Below are positions 1-10,200 of a stretch of DNA of 64,000 nucleotides, in pieces (within the stretch, counting starts at the first letter, position 1; every line of letters starts with the position of its first letter). Location: NCBI GenBank assembly GCA_001724265.1, contig MEDY01000143.1, forward strand, positions 1 through 64,000, given 5' to 3'. Position numbers and translations under genes: made by a program. The notes under the pieces were generated by a model. That model ran no database searches, was not told where the DNA came from, and saw only the letters and a program-made list of their open reading frames with translations. The DNA comes from Rhizaria sp. SCN 62-66. Lineage: Eukaryota.

Positions 1-411
1 ACACCACCTTGCAACACAGGGGATGGATATGCATGGGTGGTGTTTTTCCCGGTCAAATGCTGTGATGCGTCGGTTTTATGCTGATTGTCGGAATTCACAA
101 AGCTCGATTTCATGTCGATACTGCATGTTAATGTAAGGACGACGTCAAGAGTGTCGTCGTCGACAGACGTCGCCCTTTCTCTAGTCGCTGGCCATAGTGA
201 GTCGCGACTACTAGTCTCATTATAAAACACGTGTTACAGTCCGTGCTAGGAATTGATAAGGGGATTCACATTATGCCAATGTGTTAAAAAATTGTTTTAA
301 ATTTCAAGTACTTCTTTATCTGCTGATTTGAATGCGTAATGACTCTTCTAAAATCTCATCCTCACACCGGTTTTATCGCCGACACCTCGGTCATATCTAG
401 CCCACTAAGCG

Positions 412-2206
412 ATGTCTTCCATCACCCCCGAGGACTTCAAGAAGTTCAATGAGAAGATGCTCTACCGCCGCGTCGGTAACTCTGGTCTCTGGGTCTCTGC
501 CATCTCGTTTGGCACCTGGGTCAACTTCGGCATCGAGGTCGCTGGCACGGGCGCCAAGGAGCTCGTCCAGTCCTGCCTCAACGCTGGCATCAACTTCTTC
601 GACACTGCCGAGACCTACCAGGTACGCATCTTGAGCTTGTCGTAGCCGTTTTTCTAGCAATGCGTTTTCAATGACATGACACATCCTTCTTATTTGCTGA
701 TGCTAGCTTCACGATGAGTTCGTCCTACAAAATCAACGGCCACGGTCCAACACTCGGAGTATTATATCAACCTACGTATCGCAGAAGCTGAGTCGATATT
801 TATTGCTCATATATGTTGACATTGTTTTTTATCCTTGATATTACGTGACTGATTCAGGATGGCGCGTCCGAGATCACTCTCGGCAATATCTTCAAGGAGC
901 TCAACGTTCCCCGCTCCGACCTTGTTGTCGCCACCAAGATCTTCTGGGGCGGCGCCGACCGCAAGAACCTCAAGGTACGATCACCACACTAATAATAGGT
1001 ATACCTTTTAGAGACTAGGTTCTATTAACTACGAACTCTCCTTTGTATCTGCAGAAAGGATATCCTGTTCTCACGCCATGAGAATCACTTGTTTTGTTCT
1101 TTCCTTTGCTAGCCCAACGACGTCGGCTGCTCCCGCAAGCACATCATCGAGGGCACTAAGGCGTGCCTCGACCGTCTCCAGCTCGAGTACGTCGACATCC
1201 TGTACCTGCACCGCCGCGACCCGCACACGCCGCTCGAGGAGACAGTGCGCGCGATGAACTACATCATCACGCAGAAGGGCCAGGCCATGTACTGGGGTAC
1301 CTCCGAGTGGGCCGCCGACGACATCCGCGAGGCGCAGCTTATTGCCGAGAAGCTCGGGCTTATTGGCCCCATTGTGGAGCAGCCGCAGTACTCGCTCATT
1401 GCGCGCAAGCGCTTCGAGGTCGAGTACCGCCAGCTCTTCGACCGCTGCGTACGTCAACATAGCTAGTGCGAAACGTGAGTATTAATGACATTGCTGACAA
1501 AATCAAGTTGCCATTGCATTGCTCACAAAACATTGATGTTTTTTCTTAATGTTTGTTTTGTGTATATTGTTTTCTTAGGGCCTCGGCTCGACCGTCTGGT
1601 CCCCTCTCGGCGGTGGCGTTCTCACTGGCAAGTACAACAACTGCTCTCGCGACTCGCTTCCCGAGGACACGCGTCTCACGCTTGACCGCCTCTCTTGGCT
1701 CACTCCTCTTATTCTTAACGGTGAGAGCAGCGGTATCCCCTTCGAGGCCCTCCAGGTCAGGTACGTTCATGAGTGGAACGAAACAAATAATTAATGCGAC
1801 GCACTCGCCGTCATTATTTGATATATGGACATTTACACGTTTATTAGTTGACCTAAATTATGTTATCCGCTCTTAAATTTTTCGATGTTTATTATTCTAA
1901 CTTACTTGTGTTTGACCTTTTTGTTTTTTGTTTACCGCGCTTAGGCTGAAGGCTCTCGCTGCCCTGGCCGCCGAGCTCGGCTGTTCCCAGGGCCAGCTTG
2001 CCCTCGCCTGGGTCCTCACCAACAAGAACGTCTCGACCGCTATCATCGGCGCCCGCAACCTCACGCAGCTTCTCGAGAACCTCGGCGCGATCGAGTTCGT
2101 CTCCAAGGTTGACGACTCGGTCAAGGCCAAGATCGAGACCATCATGAGCAACAAGCCAGAGGGCTCGACTGACTTCACGCGTCGCAACGAGCGTGGTGGC
2201 CTCTAA
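412..2206 (+). CDS. Aldo-keto reductase, voltage-gated K+ channel beta-subunit (AKR6/Kv-beta) family; 5 exons: 412-621, 858-974, 1113-1448, 1579-1760, 1945-2206
   Basis: The spliced product reads MLYRRVGNSGLWVSAISFGTW...GINFFDTAETY|DGASEITLG...DLVVATKIFWGG...SRKHIIEG...LQLEYVDILYLHR...AMYWGTSEW...EQPQY...WSPLGGGVLTGKY...QLALAWVL...STAIIGA...LLENLGA, which are typical Kv-beta/AKR motifs. Four AT-rich GTACG...AG introns keep the frame. Ends in TAA. Confidence 0.93.
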
Positions 2207-3064
2207 GTGCTTTCTTGGAATAATTAACTCGCTTAGCACCTTGGCGGAGTGAATGAATAACCGTGTAAAATTCAAGCTGAGGGCGTTTTGAGTGTACACG
2301 CACTGTACATGGCTTTTAGTAAGCTTGCATGTACATGCATGGACAAAAATGTACATTATAAATAAAATTTATCATTATTAATAGTTATTGGCATGTTTAA
2401 TTGATTGAAACGAAGGCATTATCTCTCCCCTGTCTGATCTAGTAAGCTTATGTTTGATTTCTCACTCGTTAGGGCAAGCTTACCATGGTTATGGCTACAA
2501 TAGCGCTAGCGACAGCGAGTCTGACACGGAAGATTAGGAGGAGTTAGTGAAACTAAGCGATGTGAGCTTCTTTTTTACTTTTTTTTGTCAACGAGGAGTG
2601 TAAGTTTCTAAGATGGGGAGATTAGAAGTAAAAGTATATGAAATTTATATGCTATTAGACCAAGAGATATGCTCAATTATGCTGTATATTGAAGACTGTA
2701 TTGAAGGGGAATAAAAATTAAGTTTGTACGTACTGTAATTTCCAAGACTTTGAACTTGGGTTGACATATTTGGTTACATGGATCTGGATTTACCAGGGTA
2801 ACGCGTGGGTTGTACACACGCGGGTCATATATTTGTTTGGACTCATCCTGTGCGTTACGGAGAATTAAAAAAATGTATTCATGTAGTTAATCTTCATGAT
2901 GTTCGCAAATTATACCCAATAAAAATAAACCAAAAACCATTCAGATTTCGCCTACTAACACCGGCACTTGCGGCCCTGTCGTTCAATAATAAAATCCAGT
3001 GCGCCTCGCGCTTCATAGATCTCAATTATGCTGCTCCTGCGCACGAGCCTTTTGCTGCATGAGC

Positions 3065-5580
3065 TCACGGCTGCTGCTGCTGCTGCTGCTGCTGGTTAGG
3101 CTGCTGCAGCTTCTTTGGTCAGCCAACTCCAATAGATCTCAGTTAAACGAGAAGACCGCCCGAACTTAAGCATATTATTCAGGCGAGGAAAAGAAACTAA
3201 CGAGGATTCCCTTAGTAACGGCGAGTGAAGCGGGAGGAGCTCCTCGCGCCCCAAGTTGTGTGCTGGAGACGTGTTGTCAGAGCGGCAGGCTGACCCGCTG
3301 ACGCATTTGTTGTTTGAGAAGTTCACGTTGCTTGAGCTTTTCTCGCTTGCGCAATGCTTCGTCTGCGCGCAACTTCACCAGGTCCTGGTGCGTGTCGGGC
3401 ATGGTGACATCGCGCTGCAGCTTTACCTGGGCAGTTATAAGCGCATGCGCATGCCGAAAGAAGCCCGCCAGCTGTTGCTGGTCGTTCGGCGACGACGCTC
3501 CTCGAGGCGGGGCGCCGTCCTCTAGACCCTGGTGGCCGTGATGCTCAAGCTTGCTGCCGCCATGCTGTGCATCTTGATCCGCGCCTGCGATCTTCCGCAC
3601 AACCTGAACCAGTCGCGTGAGCGACTCGCTTAGCGGCTCGCACACGACGGTATCGTAGCTGGCGCCGGAGCCCGATAGCAGCGCGTGTGCACGCCGCAGC
3701 TCGGTCCAGATGGCTGTGCAGCGGGGCGCGTAAAGCGAGCGCGTGCTGTTGTCCGTCGCGCAAAGGGGGTCCTCGATGAGCAACTCCGCGCGGCGATGAT
3801 CAACGCCCTTGAAACGGCAGGGCATTGTCTCAACGCCGGCGCCGTGATCGGGCGCAGAAACGCAAACCTGCGCGTAGCCGTGTGCGTTGTCAAGCAGCGG
3901 CTGGCGCCAGACGAGGTGACCCTGTCGCACAGAAACTGCGTGCACGGCGGGGTCAAAGGCGGTCGCGTAAAACGCGAAGAAGCCTTTAACAAGTGCCCCC
4001 AGGCTGCCATCGTCCTCTTGGTCATCGCTCGGCTGAGCCGCAGTGTCATTGCTCTCCGTTGCGCGAGCGACCGCGATCGACTCGGGCGCGCGGCGAGGAG
4101 CGTCGAGGATGTCGAGCATGTGCTCCGCAGGCTGCGCGTCGAACAAGTGTCCGTTCGAGTGCGAAACGATGGCGCGTGCGCCACCGATGACGGGGCCGAA
4201 GAAGACACGGTGGCGCTCAAGGTGCTCGCACACCGTTTGCGCCATGGAGCTGCCACCGCATCTGCTCTGCTCAGGACGCGGACCCTCCGCAGCGAGAAGC
4301 GACGCCTCTGCAGCCGAAAGCAGCGATGACGTCGCGTCCAGCTCCACAGCGGCATGTTCGTTGTTGTTCGTGTTCTTGGCTACAACAGCAACATCGGCGT
4401 CGTCGGCAAAATGCGAGGCGCCGCGGATTGCGCACTTGGCCTTGTCTTCCGGGTCCACAGGGGTGGCTTCTTCCTCTGCCTCGTCCTCGTCGTCTTCGTA
4501 CGCGTCGTCGTCCCCGTCCTCGGCGTCGTCGATGTCGGCATCGCCATGGGCGTCGCTGCGCGCGGCCTTAACGGCGCGGCACACAGCGGGCGAGCCACTC
4601 ACGAAGCGCTGCATTGCGTCGGCCGCGGCCTTGGAGCGGAAGACGTACGGCGGTAGCTTGGCCACGGCGGCGGCCGCGGCCTCGTCCGTCGCGGGGCTAG
4701 CGAGGTCGACGAGCTCAAACTCCTCCTCGTCGGGAAGCGCACTGCGGGCGCTGCTGTGCTTGCGCGCGTATGCAAAGGGGGTGGGTTGAACGATGCCGAG
4801 CGGGCTCTTGACGCGCAGCTGGAGGTACTGGATCACGAGCAGGAGGAGCGAAAATGAGTTGAGCAAGTGCTCGCGGGCGTTGATAAGACAGCGCGCCTTG
4901 GCCCACACCTTGACGGCCTTGAAGAGCGGGGCCGCCAAGGGGTACTTGCGCATGAGACGCCGAATGAGCTGCGTCTTGACGTTGACCTGGTCCTCGCTGG
5001 AGCTCACCTGCAGCTGCACGGGCTTGTCGCCGTGGTAGTAGTACATCGTTGACACGGGCACGCGCGGGCGCGTGAGCGCGTTCTTGACAAAAATCCGATC
5101 GTTTTTGATTGAGAGGCACAAGTTGCTGACGACCCTCTTGGCCACTGTTTTTGCCAACGGCCCTAAGCCCTGTGTGCGCACGATCGACACGTCGACATCG
5201 GAGCCGTTGTCGTCGATGCCCCAGGCCGTCGAGCCGAAGACGATGGCTGAGTACTCGCCCTTGTACTTCTTATGTAGCAGCTTTGAGATTAGCTGCACAG
5301 CAAGCGCGCGTCCCTTGCTCACGTCATTCGACACAGCGTGGGAATCGATTAGAGCTTGCGCTTGACGAGAAAGTTCGGACAGCGACAACGGCTGCGGCGT
5401 CAACTCAGCCGCGTCTGCCACGCTAAGTTCTAGGACCATGTCACGCACATGGGGATCAAGATCAATCGGCATAATTGTACCGGACAAGTTCTACACGTTT
5501 TTACTAATCTTTGACAGCTTCTAGTTGGCAATTGCAAGCTGCTGGGTGGACAAGTGGCCATTGGGCGAAGCGGCGCTCAT
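3065..5580 (-). CDS. Cid1/TENT-family (pol-beta-like) terminal nucleotidyltransferase (non-canonical poly(A)/poly(U) polymerase) with PAP-associated domain; probable start ATG 5580 with two in-frame TAGs; ends at TGA 3277 (unspliced) or TGA 3065 (if 3113-3294 is an intron)
   Basis: Motifs FGSTAWG...SDVDVSI, RPRVPV, VKVWAKARCL...LNSFSLLLLVIQYLQ, LGALVKGFFAFYA..FD...VSVRQG and LLIEDPL...NS. Upstream of the listed ORF the frame continues as MSAASPNGHLSTQQLAIAN*KLSKISKNV*NLSGTIMP with only TAG interruptions. The family call is firm; the termini are less so. Confidence 0.82.
3071..3094. repeat. (CTG)8 microsatellite; encodes Q8 on the minus strand in the candidate last exon of the nucleotidyltransferase
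   Basis: ctgctgctgctgctgctgctgctg, read directly. Confidence 0.85.
3117..3295. repeat. 8-bp inverted repeat (GGTCAGCC 3117-3124 / GGCTGACC 3288-3295) bracketing the rRNA-derived insert
   Basis: Read directly from the sequence; the two arms are exact reverse complements. Confidence 0.75.
3135..3287 (+). rRNA. Isolated fragment of the 5' end of 28S/LSU rRNA (not a full rDNA unit); clear match 3135-3242, weaker D1-like continuation to ~3287
   Basis: ACCGCCCGAACTTAAGCATATTATTCAGGCGAGGAAAAGAAACTAACGAGGATTCCCTTAGTAACGGCGAGTGAAGCGGGAGGAGCTC aligns with the conserved eukaryotic LSU 5' end (LR0R/NL1/ITS4 primer region: ACCCGCTGAACTTAAGCATATCAATAAGCGGAGGAAAAGAAACTAAC...GGATTCCC.TAGTAACGGCGAGTGAAGCGGGAAGAGCTC). 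Confidence 0.9.
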
Positions 5581-6273
5581 GGGATGAATACGCGAGCAGC
5601 TTACTGCCTCGGATTAAAAGAACCAATCAAAGAAAGGCAAACCAACATGGGATTTAGAAAATGAGTGAGGCGAACACATTTTTTGTTTCCATCGCAAGAC
5701 AGTGTAGTGAGCAAGAAATGACCATGAGTCAGGTGGCACTCGGTGGACACTTTCGTGGATTCGAAGCTGACTAAGCATTTAATTCACGAGGCTAGCGTAA
5801 TTCAATGCATGCATTGTGTGGTAACTATGTAAAAACTCGTAAATTAAGTTAGTTTCTTCGGATTTGCGCCTTGGTCTCAACTTAGGCAGATGTAATATTG
5901 GTGGAAAGCACAGTTCCAGCTTCACAGCTTGATGCAGGATTGTAGGTCCAATCCTGGATCACAGAATGACTCGCCACAAAATGAAGATTAAAATTAGCAT
6001 AAAAGTAACTCATTCAAAAATAATAAACAACGTAAATTCTCTCTGATGATCAAAATCATACATAAATGCTTGTACAAAAGTGACGTAACTGCTCGCCTTG
6101 CGGTTGACGGCGGTGGACGGCCAGCCAATTCGTGGACGCGATCACAGCTTCACGGTCACCCGTGATCATGGTCACCGAACCGAGAGGGCTTGTACACGAT
6201 GACATAGGAGCCATGTCCACCATAATACTACACAACAGCGCAGTATAAATTTGCAGACTGCACTATGACTGTA

Positions 6274-6357
6274 ATATAGTCAGTAAAGTCGGTTGATTGG
6301 GGGTTTTGTGTTGTAAACAAGTGTCTTGGAACCCAGACTTTATACTACTGACTATAT
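6274..6357. repeat. Intergenic inverted repeat / potential hairpin
   Basis: ATATAGTCAGTA (6274-6285) is the exact reverse complement of TACTGACTATAT (6346-6357). An inner AAGTC (6286-6290) / GACTT (6336-6340) pair extends it across a bulge. Confidence 0.6.
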
Positions 6358-6443
6358 GTTATGCAATATTGACATCAATTCCGGCGCTACCAATGGCTTC
6401 TACATCGTCGCTGATATTAATGCAGTACTAAGCGCAAAATACA

Positions 6444-6828
6444 ATGTTTTCATTAAACCGTGAGCTTAACTCACAAAGCACGAACGAACCCGCGTCGGTT
6501 TTGCACGTGCGCGCGATGGACGACTATAAGCCTAAGCAGGTCTACGCGGCGATGGCCGTCGTACAGGGCTTGTCGACCAACCTTTCCGACTCACGGCGCT
6601 TGTGGCCTCGATTACCGAACTGTACACGAACCGGACCGATACTTCAAGACTCACGAAGTTATAGTGACGCACAGTTATGATATCACTGAGCTGCTGTCAC
6701 GGATGCTCCAACTTCCGAGGGGCACCGATGTTGACGTGCTCCAACGCGCTGAGAAGCTGTAGAGCTCGTCGAAGGTGGATATTTACGTGTTCGCAATGCA
6801 TGTGTGCATGTGTGCAACAGGTCCGTAA
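6444..6828 (+). pseudogene. Possible degenerate or frameshifted small gene of unknown function
   Basis: A locally GC-richer island with two overlapping ORFs (6444-6680, 6460-6762) that look protein-like in complementary halves, with a frame switch near ~6595. The second ends in TAG and would extend to TAA 6828 on readthrough. No homology recognised. Confidence 0.25.
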
Positions 6829-7220
6829 AATGATTGATTGTGATGCGAGCAAAAATTTATTGTTTTTGGTTGCAATTCCTATAGCAATTGTGTGAATTGA
6901 TGATGATAACTCAACGTACTTACTTGCATCACAGCATTGCGTGACATCAGCAGTTGCAGGAGTGCATGGTTTCGGGAGCTACTACGGGTGACTGCGTCTC
7001 TTCTGCATGTCATGCATTGCATACTTGGGATATGACATCGTAAATTTATGTCTTTATGTCTACGTCAACAAATTATAATATTGGTTCATACTTGTAAGCT
7101 TATTCTTTGTGATGTTGACACTACCAGTTATTACGTTTAGGAAGGGAAGGAAACAACCAGTTTCTAAAGGCTGCGTATAAAAATGCAGTTGCTAAATAAT
7201 TTGGTTTTTAAAAAGATGAA

Positions 7221-10200
7221 TTAGAATTTGGGAGGTAATAACACTTCCGTCACGTAAACAACTTCAACGTCAATAAATGGTGACAACAGCTCCAACCACG
7301 CGGTTTGTTGTGTACTCAGTTCGTCCCTCGGTCCCTTCACTTCAATCAGCTTGATGAACGACGGGCGCTGCTTTACTAAAGCAGCACCGTGGCCACAGAG
7401 TGCCGAGATGCGGTTTGTAAGAGTGCGGATGGAGCGCGCAGATGCTTCATAGTCAAATGCTGCGGAGCCGGGGGCCTTAACAGGTGCTGCGACAGATTCG
7501 ACAGCAGTACTCGCATTGTTCGCCACTGATTTTGCCGCCGCATCATTTACGGCAGGAGTGCAAACAACAGTCGTTGTTGCCCTCACAGCTGTCTCAGAGT
7601 GCTGTAACTCCTCCATGCATGCCTCTTTTTGAGTGTGCGAAAGTGCCGCGAGAACTAATGGGTCAGCCATCCAACGCGATAACGCGGGAAGTGCTGAGAC
7701 AGCCTCAATCACACTCGTCACATCTTCAATCTCGCTCGCAGCACTGGTACGCGCACTTGCACTCGCTGCTGTCGCTGATAGCGCGAGATGGAGGGTACAC
7801 GCACGCAGCAGCTTCGTTGTCGACAGAATCTTCGCCGGGCTTGCGCGTACCTCAACACCAGTTGACAAGATAGTTCCAAAATTCATGCTGCTTTTAGAAT
7901 GGATTCTTTGAGCAGAGCTACTGTTGCTGTCGGCAAATGCAGCGCCGCCGTTGATGGTGGCGCGCACGCGTTCCATAGAAATATCATTCGATAGCTCTGT
8001 CGTGATCTCCCGTGCAAGCAGTGACACCTTCCGTGACGCGCGCTCGACAGACGCGTTAATAACGCCAGAAAGGCTGCTTGGAGCTGAAAGCGGAGAGTTG
8101 GTGACTGCGAAGGTGCTTGTGTTCGCGGCCGTGAGAGGTGTGATGTGAGCGTAGAAGTAACACTTAAGACCAGTTGCATTGACATGACTCGCGTTGTTGC
8201 TACCCTCGCACGCACCAGCATTTGCATTCAGACCAGCAAGGATTTTTTTTTGACTATTCTCGTTAAAATCAACATCTTTTGTCACGTTCGCAAACGCTTT
8301 ATGTGTGCAGTGTGTGTCGTCGTTGCTTTCAGAGCTGTGCTTATTCTCAAGCTCGGATTTGGTGCCGACGTTGATTTTTGTGTCGAGGCTGGTTTGGATA
8401 ATACCAGCAACAGCCCTCTTGATGCGTGGACTCACAGCAAGCTCGTCACTACTCACGGTCATCTCGGCACTGAGAACAGTCACTTCGGTATAGCTCATAG
8501 TCACGCTGTTGCTACTCGGGGTCACCTCATACGACTCTGAGCGAAACTCGCGCTTCACCGTGCGGTTTACAGCATGAGCATCAGTAGCATCAGTATCACG
8601 AGCGTCTTGGTCATCATCACTGTCAGTCAACGTTAAGTCGCATAAGATTGATGTTGACCTTTGTCGTGCACTGCTTTTATCACTCTCGTTAGTGTTTACG
8701 CTCTTGCTTGAGTTTGCTTTGCTGCTGTTCTTGCCCCTCTTAGCCGGAGTTTTGAACACAGCCCCGTTATCAGCACTGGTGCCAGCGCCACTGCCACTAT
8801 CAACACCATGAACACTGCCTGACGTTATCCCAACAGCACTGCGCTTGTTCCCACTGCTGCGAGTCCGCCGCTGCGAGTCCGCCGCAGTCAGATCGCCACC
8901 GGCTTCATTTACAACCTCTGTGACAACTGTCGAGGCAGTGGGGTTCTCTGTAACGGGGCGTGCAGAAGTCACTGCAGCCGTTGTAGTCACAGAAGAAGAC
9001 GTACCTTTGCTCATGTTGTCGTGGTCATCGTCGTCACTGAGAATAACAACATCAGAGTCCGAGTCGGATTCAGAGCTGCCTTGCGCTGACTTTTTACGGC
9101 TCGTAGCTCTGCTGCCGTTGTTCCTCGCCTTAGGTGTTGTCTTCACGCCAGTGTTCTTGCTCGTGCCAGCATCATCACTCATTTTCTTCATGCCTTTCGC
9201 GCGACCGGCACTTGCGCGCGGTGTGAAAGCAAACGGATCGAAGGAGTGACTGTGGGCACCGCCGATAGTAATCCCGCCAGTCTTTGTGCCAGCGTTAGCA
9301 CTAGCAATGCTGTTCGTGTCCGCGTCATTAGCGCGGCGAGGAGCAGGAGTAAGGAAGCCCTTCATGAAGCCACTATTCGCAACACTACCTGCACCTGCAC
9401 TCGCACTCGCACTCGAGTTGTTGTTATTGTGGGACTTCGGTGTCGGACTTGCGCACGGGCTAAACATGGTGTTTGTCTTAGACTTGGTTGCAGGCGTAGC
9501 ATAAGCAACACTAGTTCGAGTCTTGATCGCACTCGAAGTCACGGTGATACCAACATTTACACCGTCCACGTGTGACCGCGAATATGACTGCGGCGGCAGA
9601 CTTTGTTGAGCCCGAGTTGCAGCGAAAAGTATAAGGGGATACTTAAATGGCATTGGTGACACAGTCGCAACGGAGGCGGATAAAATACCAGTTTGATGAC
9701 TACCATTATCTTTGATGCAGATTTTCTTGCCCGTATTCGTGTAGAACTGCGTTGTTACAATTGGAAAATAAACACCACCCTGAATGCAAGGAAACAGCTT
9801 ACTTTTATGACGGCACAGGCTGCCAGTGCTGATTGCAGCAAGGGGAGCTTCTCCAAGAGCAAACCCAGCACTCGGGGCTAGTAGCTTACCTTCAGCAGCG
9901 ATGCGAGGCTTAACTTCATGCTTCACGCCAATAGTATTGTTGTCAGTATCTTGCATCGGCATGAGTGGTGACTGCAGCAGTGAGAGGTAGCTTTTTTCAC
10001 TGGGGTCGCAGGTATTATGGGCGTTCACCGCACCTTTAACACCGAAGCTACTTGTGAGACTCTGGTGCTGCTCTTGCTGTTGTTGAATGTGACGTTGACG
10101 ATGCTGCTTCGAGGTTAGACGCGATGTCAGCAAACAGACAAGGCGGCTTAGCATTGATGCCCTCGCGGCAAGTGACTGAGAAGGAGAATGCGCATGTGAG

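Noticed and set aside
3096-3326. 76-aa minus-strand ORF
   Set aside because: It is mostly the antisense translation of the rRNA fragment, a well-known source of spurious ORFs.
3000-3400. A functional rDNA locus or a box C/D snoRNA
   Set aside because: There is no 18S, 5.8S or remaining 28S nearby, and no box C (RUGAUGA) on the gene strand despite the terminal stem.
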